Below, piece by piece: positions 38,098 through 46,974 of a stretch of DNA of 64,000 nt (the stretch's first letter is position 1; every line of letters begins with the position of its first letter). Location: the NCBI GenBank assembly GCA_963761425.1, contig CAVXGQ010000005.1:452699-516698 (forward strand). Reading direction: 5' to 3'. The position numbers were made by a program, and so were the translations under genes. Source of the stretch: an uncultured Acidimicrobiaceae bacterium. Its GTDB lineage: Bacteria; Actinomycetota; Acidimicrobiia; Acidimicrobiales; Bog-793. The notes under the pieces are model-generated. The model did not search any database. It was not told the DNA's origin and saw only the letters and a list, made by a program, of their open reading frames with translations.

Positions 38098-40518
38098 CTA
38101 GTGGTGTCCGCCCTTCTTGTCGCGCGGGGTCTTGCCCAGCTTCTGCTCCAGTGCCACCACGACTTCGGTGGTCTTCAAGACCGTGTCCGGGTTGAGGCTC
38201 ATCGAATCGATCCCGATCTCGACCAGGTACTGGGCCATTTCCGGGTAGTCCGAAGGAGCCTGTCCGCAGATCCCGGAGTGGATGCCGTTGCGGTGGCAAC
38301 CCTCGACCGCCATGCGCAGCATGTCTTTCACGCCGTCGTCGCGCTCTTCGTAGTCGAACGCCACGATTTCGCTGTCCCGGTCGACGCCGAGGGTGAGCTG
38401 CGTGAGGTCGTTCGAGCCGATCGAGTAACCGTCGAACAGCGGGGCGAACTGGTCGACGAGGATGACGTTGTTGGGGATCTCGCACATGGCGTAGATCTTG
38501 AGGCCGTTTTCCCCGCGGGTCAGCCCGAGCTTGGCCATCTGGGCCAACACCGCTTCGGCTTCCTGGACACGACGCACGAAGGGGAGCATGAGGATGACGT
38601 TCGTGAGTCCCATCTCCTCACGGACCCGCTTCATCGCCTTGCACTCCAGGGCGAAGCCTTCGACGTAGGCGGGGTGGGCGTAACGGGATGCGCCACGCCA
38701 ACCGATCATCGGGTTGCTTTCGTCAGGCTCGAAGGCGGTCCCACCGACGAGACTGGCGTACTCGTTGGTCTTGAAGTCGCTCATGCGGACGACGACCGGC
38801 TTCGGCCAGAACGCCGCGGCGATGGTTCCGATTCCTTCGGACAGCCGCTCGACGAAGAAGGACTCCCCGTCGGGATATCCGCGGATGAGCCGGGAGATGA
38901 CGGCTTTCGCCTCGTGGTCGGAGACCTTCTCCGGGTGCAGAAGGGCCATCGGGTGGGCCCGGATCGACTCGCTGATGATGAACTCCATGCGGGCGAGACC
39001 GACGCCGTCGTTGGGCAGGAACGACGTCTTGAAGGCGAGATCCGGGTTGCCGAGGTTGATCATGATGTCCGTCACGGGGCGCTCCATGCCCTCCACCTCG
39101 GTGCGGACCACATGGAACGGGACCTCACCTTTGTAGACACGCCCGGAGTCGCCCTCGGCACACGACACGGTGACGAAACCACCTTGGGGAACGCTGGTCG
39201 TGCAGTCGCCGGTGCCGACGATGGCCGGGATGCCGAGTTCGCGGGCGATGATGGCCGCGTGGCAGGTCCGGCCGCCGCGGTTGGTCACGATCGCCGCGGC
39301 CGTCTTCATCACGGGTTCCCAGTCCGGGGTGGTCATGTCGGTGATCAGCACCTCGCCGGCGTTGAAGTCCTCCAGGTGGGTGACGTCGACGATGACCCGC
39401 GCGTTGCCCGCCGCGATCTTCTCCCCCACCGAGCGCCCGGAGGTGAGGATCTCGCCGGTGCCGTCGAGGACGTAGGTCTCGAGGCTGGTCGGCTTGCGCT
39501 GGGAAGCGACCGTTTCCGGTCGAGCCTGGACCAGGTAGAGCAGGTTGTCGACGCCGTCCTTGGCCCACTCCATGTCCATCGGCCGTCCGTAGTGCTTCTC
39601 GATGGCGATGGCGTACTGGGTGAGTTCGAGCACGTCCTCATCGGAAAGGCAGAACCGCTCACGATCGGCTTTCGGCGTCGGGATGTTGCGCGTGGTCACG
39701 CGCGTTTCCCCTTCGACGAAGATCATCTTCACGGCCTTGTCGCCGATGAGGCGACGCAGCACGGCACGGTGACCGGCCTCGAAGGTGGGCTTGAAGACGT
39801 AGAACTCGTCCGGGTCGACGGCACCCTGGACGACGTTCTCGCCGAGGCCGTAGGAACCGGTGACGAAGACCACGTCACGGAAGCCCGACTCGGTGTCGAG
39901 CGAGAACATCACGCCCGAAGAGGCGAGGTCCGAGCGCACCATCTTCATAATCCCGATGGACAGCGCCACGTCGAAATGGTCGAAGCCCTGATCGACGCGG
40001 TAGTGGATGGCGCGGTCGGTGAACAGGCTGGCGAAGCAACGCCGACAGGCGTCGAGCAGGCTCTCGTCGCCTTTGATGTTGAGGAAGGTGTCCTGCTGGC
40101 CGGCGAAGCTCGCCGTCGGCAGGTCCTCGGCGGTCGCCGACGACCGCACCGCCAGGCTCACGTCTTCCCCGTACTCCTTCTGGAGCCGGCGGTAGGCCGT
40201 GATGATCTCCTCGGCGAGGTCCTTGGGCAGTCCGGCGCCGTAGACGATCTCCCGGGCGCGCTTACCGCATCGGGCGAGGTCGGCGACGTCGCTCGGATCG
40301 AGCTTGTCGATCGCCTCGTGCAACTGCGCCACGGCGCCGGCTTCTCGCAGCATGTGGCGGTAGCCCTCGGCGGTGATGGCGAACCCGTTCGGGATGCGCA
40401 CGCCCTCCTGGGACAGGTTCTGGTACATCTCGCCGAGGGAGGCGTTCTTGCCGCCGACGATGGGCACGTCCTCGATTCCGATCTCCTCGAAAAAGCGGAC
40501 GTATTTGAAGCCGGTCAT
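38098..40518 (-). CDS. ppsA: Phosphoenolpyruvate synthase (pyruvate, water dikinase)
   Basis: 806 aa from the ATG at 40518 (RBS GGAGGAG). GGKNASLGEM ATP-grasp N-terminus, phospho-His GGRTCHAAIIARELGIPAIVG and PEP-binding SIGSNDLTQL. Confidence 0.95.
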   Translation of the reverse strand: MTGFKYVRFFEEIGIEDVPIVGGKNASLGEMYQNLSQEGVRIPNGFAITAEGYRHMLREAGAVAQLHEAIDKLDPSDVADLARCGKRAREIVYGAGLPKDLAEEIITAYRRLQKEYGEDVSLAVRSSATAEDLPTASFAGQQDTFLNIKGDESLLDACRRCFASLFTDRAIHYRVDQGFDHFDVALSIGIMKMVRSDLASSGVMFSLDTESGFRDVVFVTGSYGLGENVVQGAVDPDEFYVFKPTFEAGHRAVLRRLIGDKAVKMIFVEGETRVTTRNIPTPKADRERFCLSDEDVLELTQYAIAIEKHYGRPMDMEWAKDGVDNLLYLVQARPETVASQRKPTSLETYVLDGTGEILTSGRSVGEKIAAGNARVIVDVTHLEDFNAGEVLITDMTTPDWEPVMKTAAAIVTNRGGRTCHAAIIARELGIPAIVGTGDCTTSVPQGGFVTVSCAEGDSGRVYKGEVPFHVVRTEVEGMERPVTDIMINLGNPDLAFKTSFLPNDGVGLARMEFIISESIRAHPMALLHPEKVSDHEAKAVISRLIRGYPDGESFFVERLSEGIGTIAAAFWPKPVVVRMSDFKTNEYASLVGGTAFEPDESNPMIGWRGASRYAHPAYVEGFALECKAMKRVREEMGLTNVILMLPFVRRVQEAEAVLAQMAKLGLTRGENGLKIYAMCEIPNNVILVDQFAPLFDGYSIGSNDLTQLTLGVDRDSEIVAFDYEERDDGVKDMLRMAVEGCHRNGIHSGICGQAPSDYPEMAQYLVEIGIDSMSLNPDTVLKTTEVVVALEQKLGKTPRDKKGGHH

Positions 40519-40520
40519 GG

Positions 40521-41402
40521 TTACTCCTCCTGTAGCTGATCGAACTGTAAATGGTCGAGAAGTCGGGCGGCGTCGAGACCCTGCCAAGTGTCGCGCAGGG
40601 TCGAGATCGCGAAATGCCGGGCCCCGAGACCGCCGTCGGCACGTTGCAGATCGGCCAGGTTCTCCCCGACGGCCCCCGGGTAGCTCGGCTTGAGGCGCAG
40701 CCCTTGTGCAAGCTTAAGCCCACCCCAGAGGGCCCCGACCCAAGTCGCGGCGGCATCCGGTTGGAGCCGCATCCCGAGGACCTGGTCTTCGCAGTGGACC
40801 AAGAATGCCTCGGTCATGGACCGCTCCTCGGCCGAGAGGTGGGTCGGCCCGGTGATCGATACCGCCACGGCGGTGGTCTCGAGATCGGCGCCAGGTCGGG
40901 CCCAGCAACCGAGGGGGTCGCGGGCCTCGTCGAGAAGACGCGAGAAGTGTGTGCGACCATCTCCCGCCGATCTCGACTCCTCGAGCCGGCGCAATTCCAC
41001 CACGTGGAGCGCTTCGCGCAACGCGGCGTACCAGTCACGCGACCGGTCGGCACGAGAGAGCTCTTTTTCGTGATCCGCCAGCCAGGCGGTGGGCGAGCGG
41101 TCCGGGGCGAGACCGAGAAGGGCGAGCGACCGCAGCGTGGCCCAACCGATCGTGAGGGTGGGATACCCACCGTTCTCGTCTTGCAGCGTCCGCAACCAGG
41201 ATCCGGTCAGCTCCGGTTCGGGAATCGGGAGGTCGAGCAGGCGGAGGCACTCCAGCGCCGCGAGGGTGTCGGGCGCGTTCGGCTCCTCGACGCCCCATTC
41301 CGGGGTCCGGTAGAAGGAATACCCCCCGAGGGGAGTGCGCCGGCTGAGGACGTAGCGGCCGGCTGCCTCGCGGTCGAGACAGACGGTCGAGTGGGCGGGC
41401 AC
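40521..41402 (-). CDS. Uncharacterised protein with prenyltransferase/squalene-oxidase (alpha/alpha toroid) repeats
   Basis: 293 aa. Repeats are GGYSFYRTPEWG..DTLAALECLRLL, NGGYPTL and ADGGLGAR..TLRDTWQGL. Sits 4 nt after eno and 2 nt before ppsA. Confidence 0.65.
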   Translation of the reverse strand: MPAHSTVCLDREAAGRYVLSRRTPLGGYSFYRTPEWGVEEPNAPDTLAALECLRLLDLPIPEPELTGSWLRTLQDENGGYPTLTIGWATLRSLALLGLAPDRSPTAWLADHEKELSRADRSRDWYAALREALHVVELRRLEESRSAGDGRTHFSRLLDEARDPLGCWARPGADLETTAVAVSITGPTHLSAEERSMTEAFLVHCEDQVLGMRLQPDAAATWVGALWGGLKLAQGLRLKPSYPGAVGENLADLQRADGGLGARHFAISTLRDTWQGLDAARLLDHLQFDQLQEE

Positions 41403-41406
41403 GATC

Positions 41407-42666
41407 CTAAGCCAGTCCGTAGGGGAGAGCGGCGCCGGCCTCGATCTCGATCAGTCGGTTGTACTTGGCCACCCGCTCACCGCGCGCCGGCGCGCCGCTC
41501 TTGATCTGGCCGCAACCTACGCCGACAGCGAGATCGGCGATGAAGCTGTCCTCGGTCTCGCCGGAGCGGTGCGAGACCATCTGAGACCAGTGGGATTCGC
41601 GGCAGAGTCGGATCGCTTCCAGCGTCTCAGTGACCGTGCCGATCTGGTTGAGCTTGATGAGGGCCGCGTTGGCGGAGCCGCGTGCGATGGCCTCGGCGAT
41701 GATCGCCGGGTTGGTGACGAGGAGGTCGTCGCCGATGAGCTGGAGGCGGTCCCCGAGTCGGGTCGTCAGGCGCTGCCAGCCGTCCCAGTCTCCTTCGGCC
41801 AGCCCGTCCTCTAGGCTCCAGACCGGGTAGTGGGCGGTGATCTCCTCGTAGCGGGCGATCATCTCGTCGCTGGAGAGGCGTTCCCCGGCCACCTGATAAC
41901 GGCCGTCGCGGTAGAACTCGCTGGCCGCTGGATCTAGGGCGATCGCGACCCCCTCTCGCCCGGGGCGGTAGCCGGCGGTTTCGATGGCCTCGGCGAGCAG
42001 AGTCAGGACGTCTTCGGGCCGGTCGATCTCGGGGGCGAATCCACCCTCGTCGCCGAGCCCGGTCGCGAAGCCCTTGTCGGATAGGTGGCGTCGCAGGGTG
42101 CCGTAGACCTCGGCGCCGGCCCGAACCGCCTCGGCCAGCGAAGGCGCCCCCAGCGGGGCGATCATGAACTCCTGGAAGTCGAGGTTGTTCGGCGCGTGCA
42201 CGCCGCCGTTCACCACGTTGAAGTGGGGGACGGGGAGCCGTGGCGCCACGCCTTCGGTCCCGAGGGCACACCACAGGGGTTGCCCCGCAGCCAGGGCTCC
42301 AGCCCTGGCCGCGGCCATCGACACTCCGACGATGGCGTTAGCCCCCAGCCGGGACTTCGTAGCGGTTCCGTCAAGATCGATGAGGGTTCGGTCGAGCTGG
42401 GCGAGGTCGGCGAAGGTGCGGCCGGCGAGGGCCGTGGCGATCTCACCTTTCACGTTGTTGACGGCGTTTTGCACTCCCTGCCCGGCGAAGCGGCGCAGAT
42501 CACCGTCGCGTAGCTCGGCGGCTTCGCGTGAACCGGTCGAGGCACCGGAAGGCACCCCGGCGCGCGCGCTTGTCCCGTCGGCGAGGGTCACGGTCACCGC
42601 CAGGGTCGGCCGGGCCCGCGAGTCGAGAATCTCGACCGCGTCAAGGCTTGCAATGTTTAGCGCCAT
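41407..42666 (-). CDS. eno: Enolase (divergent copy)
   Basis: 419 aa. PSGASTGSREA, QEFMIAP, GDDLLVTN and SHRSGETEDSFIADLAV motifs. The N-terminal SRARPT replaces the usual SRGNPT. Confidence 0.9.
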   Translation of the reverse strand: MALNIASLDAVEILDSRARPTLAVTVTLADGTSARAGVPSGASTGSREAAELRDGDLRRFAGQGVQNAVNNVKGEIATALAGRTFADLAQLDRTLIDLDGTATKSRLGANAIVGVSMAAARAGALAAGQPLWCALGTEGVAPRLPVPHFNVVNGGVHAPNNLDFQEFMIAPLGAPSLAEAVRAGAEVYGTLRRHLSDKGFATGLGDEGGFAPEIDRPEDVLTLLAEAIETAGYRPGREGVAIALDPAASEFYRDGRYQVAGERLSSDEMIARYEEITAHYPVWSLEDGLAEGDWDGWQRLTTRLGDRLQLIGDDLLVTNPAIIAEAIARGSANAALIKLNQIGTVTETLEAIRLCRESHWSQMVSHRSGETEDSFIADLAVGVGCGQIKSGAPARGERVAKYNRLIEIEAGAALPYGLA

Positions 42667-42824
42667 TCAAGTCCTTTCGGGATCGTCAGCTCAAGCTTTC
42701 CTCTCGAAGACCCTGCGCACCAGGGCATTACGTCACTAGTCACTACTCGTCGGACACGTCGGCTTGGCTCCGAAGCGGGGCCCCACCGACGCATAAGCGC
42801 GCGACCGCTCAGCTCTTCCATGAC

Positions 42825-42905
42825 GGCGAGCCGGCCTGTAGGCGGGAAGCTGTCCAGCGCAGTCGAGTTACCTACGGTGGCCGGGATATGGGTTCCTGAC
42901 CTGCG
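42825..42905 (-). repeat. Diverged duplicate of the rnpB 3' terminus (P2-3'/P4-3'/P1-3' strands); putative distal att remnant
   Basis: 42825-42855 is 28/31 identical to 49439-49469. Both copies have GGTGGCC about 20 nt further on, and weaker similarity continues to about 42905. The hairpin between these elements is not conserved. Confidence 0.65.
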
Positions 42906-42977
42906 ATTACAACTCACCATTGAAGCGGTGGGTGCCAGTGCGGGCACGGGGAAGGCGCAGAGGCTGGGGAGGTCGGT

Positions 42978-43793
42978 TCAGAGTTGTGGGGCGGCGGCGG
43001 CTGGTTCATTCATTTCAAGCCACGAGCGGTGCCAGAAGAGGCCGCAGTTGCGGTCGCAGTGGCCCCCTCGAGGTTGGCCCGAGCAGCGAACGCCGTCGAG
43101 GATGAAGAAGGCGGCACGGGGCTGCTTCCACTTGGGAAGAGTGACGCCGATGTCCTCGACCTGGCGCACGACCGGGAATTCACGGCCGGCATATGCGGCC
43201 ATTTCCGGGGAAAAGCTGATCCCGTCGAGGCGTCCTTTGGCGTCCAAGGTCGCGGCGATCTCGCCGTAGGGTTTCACCTTGGCAGTTTGGGTGAACGCAC
43301 GGGGCTCGGACTCCTCCGCCCGGGATGGCTCCAGCCATTCGTCCAGGAAGAACAACGAACACGCATGACCACAGCCGACAGTACCGTCGGGCGCGTCACA
43401 GATAGCGTCCTCTAGTGCGACCGTCCTGGAGAGCTTCTCCATGCGATAAGCATGGGTCGGCCGCCGGCGAATGACCCTTTCTACCCGGTAGGTCCGGCCC
43501 GAGTAAGCCCGGTGGTTGGAGAGGAACTTCCGACCGCGGAGCTCGTCGTTGCTATCGAGGGTCGTCCGGATCTCAGCGACACTCTTGACTCGGACCCAGT
43601 CGCCGACATGGAAGCGGGACGGTTCCCCGAGATCGACGCCGTCCCGGTCCTCGACGCGATGGCCGACGAGGAGCTGCAGAGTGTGAATGACTCCGTGTAT
43701 GAGGTTGAAGGGAAACGCGTAGCGATAGAACGAGTTCTCAAACTGGCAGCGTTCAAAGGTGCGTCGTCTTGGTGCTGGTCCCGCGGGGTCCAC
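42978..43793 (-). CDS. Hypothetical protein with two tandem ~95-aa Cys-motif modules
   Basis: 271 aa. Module 1 is GDWVRVKSVAEIRTTLD..YSGRTYRVERV..CGHACSLFFLDEWLE. Module 2 is AKVKPYGEIAATLD..YAGREFPVVRQV..CDRNCGLFWHRSWLE. Unbiased composition. Confidence 0.6.
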   Translation of the reverse strand: MDPAGPAPRRRTFERCQFENSFYRYAFPFNLIHGVIHTLQLLVGHRVEDRDGVDLGEPSRFHVGDWVRVKSVAEIRTTLDSNDELRGRKFLSNHRAYSGRTYRVERVIRRRPTHAYRMEKLSRTVALEDAICDAPDGTVGCGHACSLFFLDEWLEPSRAEESEPRAFTQTAKVKPYGEIAATLDAKGRLDGISFSPEMAAYAGREFPVVRQVEDIGVTLPKWKQPRAAFFILDGVRCSGQPRGGHCDRNCGLFWHRSWLEMNEPAAAAPQL

Positions 43794-44004
43794 CGGGTCG
43801 ACGCTATCAGGTGCTTCCGTTCGTCATACTCGGCGGAGTTTGTTCTCCCGAGTTCTGGATCGGGGGAATCGGGGAATCGCCGTCGACCCGCGAAACATAG
43901 AGAGGGTCGGTGACGTACTAGTTGGCTGGTCGGCAAAAGGCTTTTCTCGTCCAATAAGAACGATGGTCGCTGTTTGGAGCTGAGGAGGTGACCTCTCTCA
44001 GCCA

Positions 44005-45140
44005 ATGACGCCAGGTAGGCGCCCGATCCGGTCCAAGTTGAGCGCTGCAACCCGGATTTTCGCCCAGGCGTCGGCCTTCGCAAGGCCCGGTTACGGGATC
44101 TTCTCGGTGTGGAACTTGAGCTGTGCGTTCTTGCGCTCGGCACTTGCGCGTTCTCGATAGCGCTCTCGGAACCCCTCGGTCCATTGCGCTGTTCGTGCCG
44201 CGGCGAGTAGCTCCTCTGACGGATTGATCTCGGCGATGCGGCCCTTGGCGCGGGTCGTGTATTGGGGTTTCAACGCGCAGTCCGCGCAGTGTTCACTAAA
44301 GAACACTTGGGTGCGCTTCGCTCGGCTTTTCGCGATCGGGACGCTCACTCCCGCAGAAGGGTGACGGTGTGGTGCTCGAGTTCGATCGTGAAGTCAGCTT
44401 TGTTGAAAAAGCCTGCTCTCGCGCTCGGCGGAGGCGCCGGTGCGACGAGCTCCACGCCTTTTGCTCCGAAGGTGCGCCGGATCTTTGACCCTCCGTAGTG
44501 GGTGTCGGCGATTACCTCCGAGACGGGAAGCGGATCGGACTCGAGCAGCTCAGCGAGCATCTCACCGTCCGACGTCGTTGCCTTCGAGGCCGTCGCCGCG
44601 GTAATGAGGTCGAAATCGGGATCGACCGAGAGATGTGCTTTGAACCTGTCATAACGGTCGTGGCGTGCACGGTACCCATGGTGAGCGTCAGGATCGACGA
44701 TCGAGATCTCCCGATCGGGGGCGACCTCACGCCTGATCGTGACGTTGTCCTTCTCGTCGGGGGCGAGGTCCTGTGCGGCGACGATGTGCAAGAGGGCGAC
44801 AGCCGCGTTCAAGTCGTCGTCGATCGACGCTGCCTGCACGATGATCGCGGTCGCGTCCGAGAAAAGATCGGCGAGCGGCTAGCGGCGCTCGGTTTCCTGG
44901 GACCAGTTGATCTCGGGCTTTCCCGCCTCGTCATAGACGGAACGCCGGAGCGAGCCGCGAAGTCTTGACGTTCTTCGCTTGTCGAGCTTTGAAAGACGAG
45001 AGATGACCTGGCGCGAAGCCGATCGCATCAAGGTAATCGTGTCCATCGTGATGACGCCGTCTTTGATGTCGGTCGAATCGACGATCCGACGGTGACCGAT
45101 GGTCCCGGCACGCTTGGCGAGCTGAAGGAGCTTTCTGGAC
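44005..45140 (-). pseudogene. IS5/IS1182-family DDE transposase pseudogene (5'-truncated, at least 3 frame breaks)
   Basis: Colinear pieces lie in different frames. They are RIVDSTDIKDG..DTITLMRSA, then DPDAHHGYRARH..FKAHLSVD..ADTHYGG, then FSEHCADCALKPQYTTRAKGR..ERKNAQLK, then GLAKADAWAKIRVAALNLDRIGR. Confidence 0.75.
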
Positions 45141-46108
45141 GGCAACTCCGACGTGCTCGATCGCCTCGTGACCGAGATGTACGCCCGGGGCCTTTCGACA
45201 CGAGACGTCGAGGACGCCTTCAGGGATGCCACAGGCGAGCTGCTCATCTTCAAGTTCGCGCTCTCCGAGATCACGGACCAGCTGTGGGAGGACTGCCAGG
45301 CCTTCGTCGCCCGGGACCTGTCCGAGATCGAGGTCGAGCATCTGTTCTGCGACGCCATCTTCGAGTCGCTCCGCCGCCAGGGGGTCAAAGAGGCCCTGCT
45401 CGTGGCGTGGTGCATCGACTCCCAAGGCAGGAAGCACTTCTTGCATCTGGCCGTCGGCAACAAGGAGTCCGAGGCCGCCTGGACGGGCTTCTTCAGGAAC
45501 CTGATCGAGCGACACATGCGTCTTCCCACCACGGTCACGACTGACGGGGCTCCGGGGATGATCAAGGCCGTCGAGGTCGTGTTCGCGAATCGGTACGCAT
45601 CCGCTGCTGGCTCCACCGGTTGTCCAACATCAGGTCCAAGCTCCCCGCCGACGAGGTCGCAGAGGTCATGGCGTATCTCTACGCGGTCAGGGACGCCCCC
45701 ACCATGGAGGCCACCCGAGCAGCCGCCGACCGCTTCGAGAACACCTATAGCAGTCAGTTCCCGGTCACGGTGGCGTGCTTCGCCGATGATCGCGAGGCGC
45801 TGCTGGTTATCCATCGGGTTGCGGTGCGCCATCGCATCAGGGTGAGGGCCACCAACCTCGCCGAGCGCAGTTTCGAGGAGGAGCGCCAGCGCATCAAGAT
45901 CATCCCCAGGCTCATCAGCGAGAAAGCGACTATGAAGCTCGCCTTTGCGACCATGCTTCACTCGGCAGCGCGCTGGTGCCGGGTCTCGATCAAAGACATC
46001 GAACGCCACCAGCTCAAGCTGCTCCGTTCCGGCCTTGGGTTCGACCCACCACTTACCGAGGATCAAGCAACCCGCCGAAGGAGAACAACAGAGCGCGCCG
46101 CGGCATGA
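45126..46108 (+). pseudogene. IS256 (Mutator)-family transposase pseudogene (5'-truncated, frameshift near 45600)
   Basis: GSFLDGNSDVLDRLVTEMYARGLSTRDVE..WCIDSQGRKHFLHLAV..TTDGAPGMIKAVEVVFAN, then in another frame RIRCWLHRLSNIRSKLP..ATNLAERSFEEERQR. Confidence 0.8.
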
Positions 46109-46242
46109 AGCTCGGTGACGAGACGATTTACAGGACGCTTAGGACTTGACCGCCGAAACACCAGTGCCGGCCAGCACGGCGTGGTGACAGCGACGGCGTG
46201 CGCGCTCTTTGTGATCAGCTGCGACATCTTCATGGGTGCCGT

Positions 46243-46271
46243 TGACGTTAAGCGCCAGGCGCTTAACGTCA
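46243..46271. repeat. 29-bp perfect palindrome (14-bp arms, 1-nt centre)
   Basis: The sequence is tgacgttaagcgcc-a-ggcgcttaacgtca. It lies about 135 nt downstream of the IS256-type ORF stop, inside the island. Confidence 0.9.
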
Positions 46272-46535
46272 CGCGGGAAGGAGCTCCTCGGTGCTCGCGT
46301 CGTGGAGGTGAGGTCGGGATCGCCGACCCTTAAGGACGCGATGAACGAGGCGATACGGGACTGGATCACGACCTCGGTGACCACCTACTACGTGATCGGG
46401 TCGGTCGCCGGCGCTTCGGCGCGAACCGGAGCCTTCTCGTCGCGAGGCGAACGTGTTCATCCGTGATCAAGCGACGGGCCGCGCCAGCCGGCGGAGCGCG
46501 GCACGCGATGGCAATGCGGGACGACGGTCCCGTCG

Positions 46536-46769
46536 CTAGGGGAGTGCGTCGTTTCCCGGGCGGAGCATCTGGTAGATAAAGAAGGCGACGAGCGACACGA
46601 CGAAGCTCAGCGCGCCGAAGGTGTCCTCGCGCGGGTACGGCAAGAAGTGGGTGAGACGCCAGCTGAGCGTGTAGGGGTGCACGAGCGCGCAGAGCGCGAT
46701 GTAGACCCAGGCAGCGAAGCCATAGATCGCGAGCGTCTTGCTTGCGACGAGAGCGACCTTCCGTTTCAT
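46536..46769 (-). CDS. Possible small two-TM membrane protein (orphan)
   Basis: 77-aa ORF. Hydrophobic segments are LAIYGFAAWVYIALCALV and FGALSFVVSLVAFFIYQML. It lies between IS remnants. No homology assessed. Confidence 0.35.
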   Translation of the reverse strand: MKRKVALVASKTLAIYGFAAWVYIALCALVHPYTLSWRLTHFLPYPREDTFGALSFVVSLVAFFIYQMLRPGNDALP

Positions 46770-46974
46770 GTCGCCGGACAGCGTAGGCGGTGTCTTCTGT
46801 CGCCGTTATCCGGCCGACGGCCGGCCGTTCCTGACGCGGGGGCGCACACCGGTTCGACGAGGCGCTTCTTCTGGGCTCGTGGGTGTCGAGAACGCCATCC
46901 ATGGCCGTGAGCTGGACTTTGACGTCAGCGCCGGATGCGGCAAGCCTCCGGCGGTGGCCCTCTCTTTCCGGTAC

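Noticed and set aside
37948-40539. 863-aa plus-strand ORF
   Set aside because: It is antisense to full-length PEP synthase. It is an Asp/Gly/Val/Arg-rich mirror-frame artefact.
43481-44143. 220-aa minus-strand ORF in the island
   Set aside because: It has a Ser/Arg/Thr/Pro-biased translation. It overlaps the 271-aa gene and the IS1182 C-terminal fragments in other frames.
45075-45125. Plus-strand peptide GTLGELKELSG that looked like the IS256 'GT.eL.iPklR' segment
   Set aside because: The same bases encode a better-matching IS1182-type segment on the minus strand (KLLQLAKRAGT..VDST). The apparent IS256 similarity is probably coincidental.
44879-46066. 395-aa minus-strand ORF
   Set aside because: It is chimeric. 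Only its last ~70 codons (RIVDSTDIKDG...) belong to the IS5/IS1182-type pseudogene. The rest is the antisense frame of the IS256-type gene.
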